Shown here in pieces: positions 50,998 through 64,000 of a stretch of DNA of 64,000 nucleotides; position 1 is the first letter of the stretch; every line of letters begins with the position of its first letter. The notes beneath the pieces are model-generated. The model made no database searches. It was given only the letters and a program-made list of their open reading frames with translations, and was not told where the DNA came from. The DNA comes from Bdellovibrionota bacterium (GTDB lineage: Bacteria; Bdellovibrionota; UBA1018; CAIPTA01; JAALKR01): contig CBDBMJ010000001.1 in NCBI GenBank assembly GCA_965207455.1, forward strand, positions 1,600,001 through 1,664,000, written 5' to 3'. Position numbers and translations under genes: made by a program.

Positions 50998-53898
50998 TTG
51001 TCCGTCTTCGTGATACAATTCATCGTTGTACAGCATGGAGTATTTAGTTTGAAGGGTAAAAATCAACACAAGAATATTAGGGAGCTTCTAAATCCAGCCA
51101 TTTTACAAGGGAGTGTTTCCCCCTCTTCCGCCTTATTTTTAAAAGAATGGATAGCAGATGATTTCTCTCCCCCCCTCCCCAGAGACACAGTCTCGAGAGG
51201 CACAGCCTCAAGAAACACCCCCCCAAGAAACACATCCCTTCCTCCACGGCTTTCTTCCTGGGAGAAGAGTCTAGGTCTCTTAGTGAACTATTTTATGGAG
51301 GAAAAGTATACCTTAGTGCAGTTAAACCCTGGTCGCAGGAAGCAGATAGAAGCTTATATTAATAAGTTGGGGAATCTTTCCTCTCTAACAAGTTTAGACC
51401 GAATTATTACTGCACCTGCGGAGAGTAAAGAGCATGAAGGACTTCTATGTTTTGCTCAAGAGATGGCTGTTTTCCAACTTCTTCAATTTTTAGTGCTTAA
51501 GCGATGGCACGATTTGGGATGCATTCCCTCGGCTTCCCTAGAAGACTTGGCGAAAAAACTCAATTGGCAGATTACCTCGTACCTTCGTAAGCGAAATAAG
51601 AATCAGCTTTTTATGTCTTACCAGTGGTCCTTTTTAAAGATTAATATTTACAGTTGGTTTAAGCCTTCCATGCAGGTGTGGAACAAAATTATTCACCTCA
51701 CGAAAGATATTAATCTTGCCACAGCGTCGGAGAATTTTTTAATTGAAATGTTACAGCGGTCCCATAAGAAGCCGTTTTTAAAAAAAATGGGGCTTACCTT
51801 TTCCTCCATGTATACTCGCCTCACTTGGGAGTTACTGTTCAAACAGAAGCAATTGGACGAAGGGAGCGAAGATCAGGTGACCCTTGGGTTTGGAGAGGCC
51901 AACAGAACATTTATTTCTGGTTTATCTGGAGGTTGTTCCCTTACTTCATTGTATGCAATGGACCCCAACTCTCACTGGGAAGGTATTTATGGTTTTGCCA
52001 ACAGTGAGTTTGAGAAGTTTATTTCGGAAATTCTTTTACTCTGGGCTATTGGTTTGGATACGGTTCCCGCGGTGAAGATTGAAAAAAATGATCTATTATT
52101 TCATGGAAAGAATAAAAGCCAGAAGAATTTTCCCTTTCAGTCGGCCCATGTTCCCAACGACATTGGCCATATACTTTGTTTTCCAGAAGATGCACTGGAG
52201 AGTTCATCGGATATAAAGGCAGCCATCGAGCTACTGCCGCGTATATTGGAAAACGGCACTTTGCTATTGGCGAGCAATACGTATTGGATTACAGATAATA
52301 GTAAGTTGTCTGAGTCCATGCGCAAGCACTGTTTGAGTGAATGTACTTTGCGTTTGATTATCGACTTTCGTCATCTTATTTTTCCCGACTCCGAACTTCA
52401 TGGTGGTCAGCCACCCAAATGCCTATATATATTAGAAAAGCATTCCAACCGGGAGATTCGAGATGCCAACCGTCCCCGTATTATTAAGGCAAGAGGAGTG
52501 ATTGCTGACGCCGCATCCTTAGAAAAGCTATGGCAACTTGTTTTAGATTGCATGGATATAGACTGTGACCCAGGCGAGGTAAAGAGGTTTAGTGTGGGAG
52601 AAAAACTCCAACGAGCCAATGTGGAGTGCATGTCTGCGGCTACGGACCAACGGCATCTAAACATAGCTCCATGGACCAGTTTATCGGATCCTGCTTTTTA
52701 TACTATTTCCAGCAGTCTCAAACGTCACCCCTATAAAATTGCTCATCGGGGAACATTAATTCCTCCCCAGCAACACGCTCAAATGGTGCCTTCCTTACAG
52801 CGAGGAGTATGCCTCATGGAATTGCCGGGCAAGTCTTTGTACGGAAGTTGTTACTTGAGTGAGATAGAAAAAACCTATCCCGACTATACCAAGCAATCCC
52901 GTCAATATATATTTATTCCGGATATTAATGTTATGGAAAGTCGCGCTTTCTTTGCAGCCATGATCAATTCCAGCCCTGTGCAATTTTGGTACCGACTGGA
53001 GTGGGAGCAAAACTGTTACGGCAGGAAGAGGCGTTGCACGGGCAAGCAATTGGAGATGCTCCTAAAGTTCATGCCTGTGGCGCAGTTGTTTTCCCAGGGG
53101 GATAAGTACCCGCCGTTTCAGAGTCGTGGTTCTGCTCTAGATGTGTTTCCCAGCATAGACGATATTCTGCCTTTGTTGGATCCAGATTCTTCCATAGAGG
53201 ATCGGCTACGCTTGCACCAGTATATTTTAGATTTGGAATTTACGACGGCTCACCATATTAGTATTGTAAAAGAGTGTGCAGCCCATCTGTTTCCTGATTA
53301 TGAAATTAGTCGTTGGCATATTCCAGAGGAGTTGCCGGATATTTCAGGTGAGTGTTCTTTCCAAGCGTTAAGTCATTTAGAGCAGGTTCCGTTGTGTCAA
53401 CATCCTGCCTTTCAGTTTACCTTATTAAAAAATACAACGGACTTTAAGGTTAGTAGTGTAAAGATACGTCCTCTTCATACTGGTTACCATGAGCTTACCC
53501 TGTACAGTGGATCAGTGCCCATGTTGAAAGTTCAGGGTTCCAGCCTATTGATACAAACAGCAAATGGGGCCATTCAACGTCGTATTGGACGAGCTTGGTC
53601 TGAAATATCTAAAAAGGTTACATTCCCACTGGACGAGTCATTAACACGGAAACAGATTAGTCAATTTGTGCAGCTTACGGAAACGGAAATTCAAACCACG
53701 GTGAGGGCTGTGGCTTTATTGGATTTTATTTTTTGTCGCCTGTTCCACCTAAGTGGTTCTTCTCCATTTGAGGGCGACACACAAATTATTCGCAACTACC
53801 TCAACCCAGAGAATGTGGCTTCTCTTTTAAAAACGCCTCTATTTCCATTGGACACTAAAGAATTACCTGTAAGGACCACAGGGTTCCCACAACAATAA
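50998..53898 (+). CDS. Large protein resembling a degenerate type IIG/Eco57I-like N6-adenine methyltransferase-TRD protein
   Basis: LENGTLLLASNTYW..SESMRKHCLSECTLRLIIDF..IFPD..KCLYILEK; FFAAMINSSPVQFWY; LDFIFCRLFHLS; no NPPY/DPPY; start uncertain. Confidence 0.6.
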   Translation: MSVFVIQFIVVQHGVFSLKGKNQHKNIRELLNPAILQGSVSPSSALFLKEWIADDFSPPLPRDTVSRGTASRNTPPRNTSLPPRLSSWEKSLGLLVNYFMEEKYTLVQLNPGRRKQIEAYINKLGNLSSLTSLDRIITAPAESKEHEGLLCFAQEMAVFQLLQFLVLKRWHDLGCIPSASLEDLAKKLNWQITSYLRKRNKNQLFMSYQWSFLKINIYSWFKPSMQVWNKIIHLTKDINLATASENFLIEMLQRSHKKPFLKKMGLTFSSMYTRLTWELLFKQKQLDEGSEDQVTLGFGEANRTFISGLSGGCSLTSLYAMDPNSHWEGIYGFANSEFEKFISEILLLWAIGLDTVPAVKIEKNDLLFHGKNKSQKNFPFQSAHVPNDIGHILCFPEDALESSSDIKAAIELLPRILENGTLLLASNTYWITDNSKLSESMRKHCLSECTLRLIIDFRHLIFPDSELHGGQPPKCLYILEKHSNREIRDANRPRIIKARGVIADAASLEKLWQLVLDCMDIDCDPGEVKRFSVGEKLQRANVECMSAATDQRHLNIAPWTSLSDPAFYTISSSLKRHPYKIAHRGTLIPPQQHAQMVPSLQRGVCLMELPGKSLYGSCYLSEIEKTYPDYTKQSRQYIFIPDINVMESRAFFAAMINSSPVQFWYRLEWEQNCYGRKRRCTGKQLEMLLKFMPVAQLFSQGDKYPPFQSRGSALDVFPSIDDILPLLDPDSSIEDRLRLHQYILDLEFTTAHHISIVKECAAHLFPDYEISRWHIPEELPDISGECSFQALSHLEQVPLCQHPAFQFTLLKNTTDFKVSSVKIRPLHTGYHELTLYSGSVPMLKVQGSSLLIQTANGAIQRRIGRAWSEISKKVTFPLDESLTRKQISQFVQLTETEIQTTVRAVALLDFIFCRLFHLSGSSPFEGDTQIIRNYLNPENVASLLKTPLFPLDTKELPVRTTGFPQQ

Positions 53899-54043
53899 AA
53901 AGAAGGGCCATTTGCTGAGATCTGCGGGCCCGACCTTTCCATGGGTGTCGGGAGTCAAAGGCAGTTCGTAGTTTCGGAATGGAAAGCAGAACCCATAGGT
54001 ACAGCCCTGAACCCAAAACAATAAAAGGAAAAAACTCATTCAT
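53855..54043 (-). CDS. Small two-TM hypothetical protein
   Basis: MNEFFPFIVLGSGLYLWVLLSIP..MALLFIVVGTLWSLQVIL; GGAG upstream; overlaps 3' end of convergent gene. Confidence 0.45.
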   Translation of the reverse strand: MNEFFPFIVLGSGLYLWVLLSIPKLRTAFDSRHPWKGRARRSQQMALLFIVVGTLWSLQVIL

Positions 54044-54119
54044 TTTTCTTCTCCTTCTATCTCTTCGGTTGTTTTTCATGAATCTTGACCCCTAAGTCCT
54101 CCTAACTTACACTCAGACC

Positions 54120-54812
54120 ATGGTGGCTTTAGGAAAATCTCAAATTATCTACCAGCAGTTGCACTGGATCCAGCGTCGACGGGTTCGTGTGGAGAGGGCC
54201 ATTCAAAACGCCTTTGGCAAGAAAAGCATGGATAGGGTTATGGAGGGATTAGTGCCTCCCTTGGAGATGCACGATTTTTCGTTGCCCCTAGAAGAGGCAA
54301 GATCTGAGCTAAGTACCAATAAGTTTTTGCGCCAGCTTGCCTACCAGGTGGAATACAACGAGGGACGATTGTTTCAAGCCATGTTGCTCAGTATTTCTTC
54401 CCATCGCGAACAGGTAGCTCAACAAATTTTGCATTCTTCTCAGCACTCTGGACAAGAGGCTGCCCGACACTACCTCACCACATCCAGTGTAGAGTCCACC
54501 CTTTCCAGTATTTATTTTGCTATTTCTCAGGTCACATATTGGGGGTTTCCAGAGGATAAGTGTTTTTTCTCTTCCGTTCGACCTTTGAGCGATATTTTGA
54601 TTTACCACCGCACCTGCCCCCACACCACTGCATGGAAGGCCTCCGGCGTGGACACTTCATTTATGTCCGACGTTCAAAAGTGTTGGGTAGACGGACTATT
54701 AGATATTTTTTCACCAAACTTAGTGCACTATTGTACAGCCTCCATTCCCAAGGGCGACGCCTGCGGAAAAGAACATTTCATGTTTCAAGACAAGTACGTG
54801 ACCTTTGATTAG
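54120..54812 (+). CDS. Hypothetical protein with V4R/ATC-hydrolase-like C-terminus
   Basis: HRTCPH..W..C.W.DG....P...SIPKGDAC.EHF pattern; TTGACC-17-TACACT promoter. Confidence 0.6.
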   Translation: MVALGKSQIIYQQLHWIQRRRVRVERAIQNAFGKKSMDRVMEGLVPPLEMHDFSLPLEEARSELSTNKFLRQLAYQVEYNEGRLFQAMLLSISSHREQVAQQILHSSQHSGQEAARHYLTTSSVESTLSSIYFAISQVTYWGFPEDKCFFSSVRPLSDILIYHRTCPHTTAWKASGVDTSFMSDVQKCWVDGLLDIFSPNLVHYCTASIPKGDACGKEHFMFQDKYVTFD

Positions 54813-54945
54813 AGCTTCAGATTCACCTCGATGTTTTTATAAATCAATCCACCCATCGTGCCATCATGCGCATTAGGATTTATCTGTTTACTTATCATTA
54901 ATAGTTGTTATAATAAGCAAAAATTGACACAAGAGGGGGTTTAAA

Positions 54946-56096
54946 TTGGGAGTGTATGCTGAGTACTTGGATAAGCGTTTGAGTTTTGAAGAGATAACTA
55001 AAGAAAGAAAAAATCAGTTAGAGAGAATATCTAAATTAAGGGGGAGTGATGTTTTAGCTATTGTTGCAGACCTTAATAAGGACAGTGCTCCAATTTCTAT
55101 TAGTTACCCTGACTTACTGCCCTTGCAAGAACAATTGCAAAACCTCAAAGGAAATAAGCTTGACTTGATATTAGAAACTCCAGGTGGTTCAGGTGAAGTT
55201 GCAGAGGATATAGTACGAATATTGAGAGATAAGTATGAGGAAATAGCGGTGATTGTACCTGGATATGCGAAAAGCGCCGGGACAATAATCGCAATGTCTG
55301 CTGACGAAATATTGATGGGTCAAACTCTGCATTAGGACCGATAGATGCGCAGATTCAATGGCATGGAAAGGTCTTCTCAGCAGATGCACTGTTGGATGGA
55401 ATTAACAAAATTAAAGAAGAAGTGACATCTACGAATAGTCTGAACAAAGCATATATTCCAATCTTGCAAGGGATCTCTCCTGGCGAACTGCAAGCAGCTG
55501 AAAATGCAAAAAACTTTGCTATCCGTTTAGTTAAGGAGTGGTTATTAAAATACAAATTTAAGAATTGGGATACTCATTCAAGCAACAATCAACCTGTCAC
55601 ATTAGAAGAAAAAAAACAGAGAGCTAAGGAAATTGCTAATGCGCTTAGCGATCATAATCAATGGCTCACCCATGCTCGATCTTTGAGAATCAAAGATCTA
55701 AAGAAGCTGAGATTGAAAATAGAGGATTATTCGGAAAATAACGATTTAAACGATGCCGTAACTAGATATTTTGTACTTTTAGAAATGACTTTCCAGACAA
55801 ATATCTACAAGATTTTCGAAACAAAAGACTCTCAAATATATAGATTTATTAATCAAAATGTACCTCCTCTAAAGCAAAGCGATAAAGCTGACGGTTTCGT
55901 GATTGACGTAACCTGCAAAACGTGCCATACTCTTAATAAGATAGAAGGAAAATTCGGGAAGTCAAAAAAAATTCAAGTTGGGCATATCCCTTTTCCGAAG
56001 AACAATAAGTTTAAGTGCAGTGGTTGTGGCATTGAAATTGATATAGCTAATATTCGCCAGAAAGTTGAAGCACAAACTAAAAGGGTAATTTTCTAA
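54946..56096 (+). CDS. SDH-type ClpP-fold serine protease with C-terminal Zn ribbon, split by a single-base frameshift near 55317-55322
   Basis: LDLILETPGG, AKSAGTIIAMSADEILMG then shifted NSALGPIDAQ, THARSL; C-term CKTC/CSGC. Confidence 0.8.
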
Positions 56097-56296
56097 TGAC
56101 TCAAATTGAGAATGATAAATTCAAGATTATTTTCCAAAAGCTGAATGAAGTTCAATCCAGCGGCGATGATATTATCAATGCTTCCCAAGAAGTCTCTGAT
56201 GAACTCGAAGCTAATTCAGGCATACTAGAAGAATTGCGAATGCTTGCAGAGTCCAAGGAAGAAGCAGATCACAGGGAATTTTATACTGGAACCTGA
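56096..56296 (+). CDS. Small acidic protein translationally coupled to the protease
   Basis: TAATG stop/start overlap; 66 aa. Confidence 0.55.
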   Translation: MTQIENDKFKIIFQKLNEVQSSGDDIINASQEVSDELEANSGILEELRMLAESKEEADHREFYTGT

Positions 56297-56389
56297 TCGT
56301 GAAACTTGTTTAAAAACTATGATCTTTCCCGAAAAGCTCTCTTCCTCTCCTATATATAGAAGAATTGTACAGCCTCCATTCCCAAGGGG

Positions 56390-56607
56390 AGGACTAGGGT
56401 CCTTTTGCAGGCGTCTGATGAGCTGCTTGCGGTTCAGTGGACACACGCTCATGGCCTCATCGAGCTGTAACTCACTGCTCTCAAAGCCATTTTGGTGACG
56501 TTTTTTATGAGTCAATTCGAAAATATTAAAGAAAATAAGTCGGAAACTGGATTTTGACCTCAAAAAATGATACACCGTGGTGTGATCTTTTAGTTTTGCC
56601 CTTACAT
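56390..56607 (-). mobile_element. Probable IS remnant (terminal repeat plus decayed transposase N-terminus)
   Basis: Minus strand starts TGTAAGGGCAAAACTAAAA; downstream LDEAMSVCPLNRKQLIRRL resembles the ILDE..vcGy.RK.aIR.L N-terminus of integrase-type IS transposases (from memory). Confidence 0.45.
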
Positions 56608-56690
56608 GTGTACGAGGCTTGGGTGAACACTAGCAACGGAGAAATTATCCGTACTTATAAAAATGTAATAGAACATTGAAGGAAGAAAGG

Positions 56691-56726
56691 TAGGATTCAA
56701 GGAAGCTTATGCTCCCTTGAATCCTA
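56691..56726 (-). terminator. Hairpin terminator after 5S rRNA
   Basis: TAGGATTCAAGGAAGC-TTAT-GCTCCCTTGAATCCTA near-perfect stem. Confidence 0.75.
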
Positions 56727-56751
56727 TAAACAAGTAAGAAAAAATGAAAAA

Positions 56752-56868
56752 TAGGACATCGTGCTGTTTTCCCACAAAGTCTCCCTTGCAGTATCATCGC
56801 CGCTGATCAGCTTAACTTCCGAGTTCGGAATGGAATCGGGTGGTTCCTGACCGCTATCAATGTCCCGA
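56752..56868 (-). rRNA. rrf: 5S rRNA
   Basis: Minus strand GAACCACCCGATTCCATTCCGAACTCGGAAGTTAAGC; ends approximate. Confidence 0.93.
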
Positions 56869-57036
56869 TTAAGGTATAGCGTAAAAGAGATGGTATGTAA
56901 AGAGGGAAAAGAAGAAAAAAGAAGAAAAGGTGGAATCTGTTTAAAGGCATTAAGAGCCTAACAACAGTGGAAGAAAGAAAGTAATAGTCAATTAAGTAGG
57001 TAGATAAACTATTCACATTATACGAGTATAAAAAGA

Positions 57037-60039
<3,003 letters not shown>

Positions 60040-60234
60040 AGTTATTTGTATACTCGAGTTTGCAGATAGTTTGTCTACTTTTTATTTACTTTTTCAACTA
60101 TTGCTTCTCTCATCTACTGTTGGAGTGCTCCCAAAGAGCCTCCAACATGATTCCACCTTTTCAAAGAACAAGGGAAGAAAAAATTGCTTTTCTCCTCCCA
60201 TAAAATCGTAACGCCTACTAAATACCTTGCTCAA

Positions 60235-60311
60235 TGGTGGGCCAGGATAGACTCGAACTATCGACCTCACCCTTATCAGGGGTGTGCTCTAACCAACTGA
60301 GCTACTAGCCC
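60235..60311 (-). tRNA. tRNA-Ile(GAT)
   Basis: GGGCTAGTAGCTCAGTTGGTTAGAGCACACCCCTGATAAGGGTGAGGTCGATAGTTCGAGTCTATCCTGGCCCACCA. Confidence 0.97.
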
Positions 60312-60413
60312 CAACCGTTAGTTCTTAGTTTTAGTAGCTGTTCTTTCACAGCTAAACAGAATGTAAAGGAAATACGATAATGAACTTTTTAAATGCATAT
60401 TTTTGCATTGACT

Positions 60414-61966
<1,553 letters not shown>

Positions 61967-62126
61967 AAACCTGTATAAATTGTCATTTTTGTATTCACCT
62001 TCGCAAAAAGCAAAGGCAAGGAACATTATCCACTACCTCGGTATATACTCCCGATTCAGTGGCGAAACCTTCTTCAAAATATGACGTAAAACTCATCAAC
62101 GCATTTTCTCTACATTACTGTTTAGG

Positions 62127-62280
62127 TGTCAAAGAACAAACTTCTGGTCAAATAAACCTCAGAACTTAAAAAGATCTAAAATTTAATTGAGAAGAAGCAC
62201 AAGTGCATTTATATGGAGAATCCTATCTCCCGTCAAGTTATTCTTTTAAATTCTTTTAAATAAAATTTTTTTTCTTTCAC
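62127..62280 (-). promoter_or_regulatory. rRNA promoter, UP element and boxA
   Basis: TTGACG(62236-31)-17-TATAAA(62213-08), A-rich upstream tract; boxA-like TGTTCTTTGACA at 62138-62127, repeated in the spacer near 60170. Confidence 0.7.
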
Positions 62281-62350
62281 TTGCGGTGCGCCCCTGCTGG
62301 AAAAGTGGAACAATCTAGGGAAATAGACCCCATATCTGCTAAAATAAGCC

Positions 62351-63904
62351 ATGGCTCCAAACCTTTCCCTGAAATTCAAGATCCTTGGCAGCTTGTTCGT
62401 TATTGCCAGCCTTTCCGTGGGGTCGTCCCTGTTTGGCGTATGGAATCTCTTCCAGTTGGAGCAGAAACTCCAGCAAACCAATATGGAGTATATCCCCTTG
62501 TTGAAATCCCTTAGTCAATTGGAGAACCTCCAGTACCTATTGGATAATGAGTTAAGTAATGCCATCACCAGTGGGCAAGATAGGCTGGAAAGTCTCCATG
62601 CCCAAGCTATGCAGTCCAAACTCACCCGTATGCAGAAATTGTTCGACCAAGGACAGGGCGACATGCAAATTCACCTTGCCTCTCTGGAAAAGCGTTTTGC
62701 CCTTTTTCTTACCAGTATTGAGGATGTCTTCCAGAAGAAGCCTTCCTCGGAGGTTTATTTTTCGTCCACACGGGCAGCGTTCAAAAACCAGCTTAGGCAA
62801 CTCATTAGTAAGGTGGATCAGGATATCCAGCGAAACTCCCTGGAGGTGCAGAGTAATATTGGTCAATCCCTACTTTTGGTGGGGTTATTATTTGCCCTGC
62901 TTTGTGCCCTTTCGGGGTTGATATTTTATAAAATCGACGAAATATTGCAGCCCTTGGAGGGGCTTACAAAAATTGTAAAGCGTATATCTAAGCACAAGTC
63001 TCCTAGTTCGGAGTGGGGGGAACTCACAAAATACGCTCGACGTTCCGACGAGATTGGTGTTTTTTCCAAAGAATTCAGTCGCATGACATCTTCTCTCCTG
63101 GATCGCAATCAACAACTGGAGCAGCAGCAAATCACCTTGGAAAAAGCCCATCAGTCCATGCGCAAGCACAACGAAGCTTTGCAGAAAACAAAGTCCAAGC
63201 TCCTGCACCAGGAAAAGTTGGGGCTTATTGGAAAGCTCTCTGCTCAAATGGCCCATGAAATCCGAAACCCTCTCAACGCTCTTTCCCTGCAGTTAGAAAC
63301 CTTGGAGTTCGACATGCCTGCGCCCACTGAAGATTTTCAAAAAACTGTCGCCTGTATGCAGGAGCAGATCCAGTACTTAAGTTCCCTGACGGATTCCTAC
63401 CTGTCCCTGGCCAAAGCCCCGGATCTGAAGTTTGAGCATTCCGACCTAAACGAGCTTATTGAAAAATTAGAGCGTTTATATATGCCCTACTTGAAAGAAA
63501 AAAAGGTAGAGTGGCGACGGGAAACAGAGCCCCTACCTCCACTCATGCTCGACCGAAACCAGATTGCCATTGTTCTTGGGAATTTAATGAAAAACGCCTG
63601 TGAGGCAATAGAGAATAAAAGGGAGAATTTTCCAAAAGAAAGTTTTTGGATACATGTGAAATCGAGATACAATAAGGACAGGAAGCAGGTAGAGATGGAG
63701 TTTCGAGATAATGGTCCGGGTATAGTCGAGGGGGAATCCGTGTTCACCCCATTTTTTACAACAAAAGCTAAGGGAACGGGGCTGGGGCTTGCCCATTCCA
63801 AGCAAATTATTAATGCGCACAAAGGAGAAATTTCCATACTACCAGCAACGGGAACCTGTTTTCTCCTCCAGTTTCCGGCAGAGCAGGGATGGATAAATGT
63901 ATAA
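62351..63904 (+). CDS. HAMP-domain sensor histidine kinase
   Basis: Two TM helices; AHEIRNPL, NLMKNACEA, DNGPG, FTPFFTTK, GTGLGL. Confidence 0.95.
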   Translation: MAPNLSLKFKILGSLFVIASLSVGSSLFGVWNLFQLEQKLQQTNMEYIPLLKSLSQLENLQYLLDNELSNAITSGQDRLESLHAQAMQSKLTRMQKLFDQGQGDMQIHLASLEKRFALFLTSIEDVFQKKPSSEVYFSSTRAAFKNQLRQLISKVDQDIQRNSLEVQSNIGQSLLLVGLLFALLCALSGLIFYKIDEILQPLEGLTKIVKRISKHKSPSSEWGELTKYARRSDEIGVFSKEFSRMTSSLLDRNQQLEQQQITLEKAHQSMRKHNEALQKTKSKLLHQEKLGLIGKLSAQMAHEIRNPLNALSLQLETLEFDMPAPTEDFQKTVACMQEQIQYLSSLTDSYLSLAKAPDLKFEHSDLNELIEKLERLYMPYLKEKKVEWRRETEPLPPLMLDRNQIAIVLGNLMKNACEAIENKRENFPKESFWIHVKSRYNKDRKQVEMEFRDNGPGIVEGESVFTPFFTTKAKGTGLGLAHSKQIINAHKGEISILPATGTCFLLQFPAEQGWINV

Positions 63905-64000
63905 AGCAAAAATTTTAATTGTCGACGATGAAATGAGTAACTTGATGGCTCTTAGGAAAGTGTTGGAACAGGAGAATTACAAGGTGGCCATTGCTCAAAG
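63897..64000 (+). CDS. Response regulator receiver domain (partial)
   Basis: Manual translation MYKAKILIVDDEMSNLMALRKVLEQENYKVAIAQ; overlaps kinase stop. Confidence 0.85.
   Translation, partial: MYKAKILIVDDEMSNLMALRKVLEQENYKVAIAQ

Noticed and set aside
56225..56575. 116-aa minus-strand ORF as a functional gene
   Set aside because: Starts inside the repeat motif, only a short internal part is transposase-like, and it overlaps the convergent ORF; treated as a remnant

Overview
Bacterial chromosome segment, tentatively Bdellovibrionota-like (inferred from gene content and an RLPAS motif; the 16S was not database-checked). 1-11.5 kb is an AT-rich surface-glycan locus: YidC-like protein, TagF-like transferase, a cytidylyltransferase-PEP-mutase-like fusion with a degenerate catalytic motif, Fe-ADH, two GT2s, a pEtN transferase and wzm/wzt. 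11.5-20.8 kb and 30.9-50.9 kb hold mostly housekeeping genes (grxD, bolA, queG, split tkt, mce, dcd, pckA, thrS, PIF1 helicase, carB, rsmD) mixed with AT-rich secreted singletons. 20.8-30.8 kb is a divergent array of six DUF285/BspA-like LRR surface-protein genes plus two relics, with clear module duplication and exchange. 51-56.6 kb has a large, apparently catalytically dead type IIG-like methyltransferase homologue, a ClpP-fold protease with a small partner, and an IS remnant. A full rRNA operon (16S-tRNA-Ile-23S-5S) lies on the minus strand, followed by a two-component pair. Top leads: (1) the shuffled LRR array with a 44-bp inverted repeat around its divergent promoter region; (2) a phosphonate-like glycan cassette with a pseudo-PepM and no decarboxylase; (3) three dispersed secreted proteins sharing C-x14/16-C...C-x9-C, two of which share a promoter and a covarying 5' hairpin; (4) the dead restriction-modification-like protein. 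Two single-base frameshifts (thrS, Clp-fold protease) fall in homopolymers and may be assembly errors. All family assignments come from motif recognition by eye; no searches were run.
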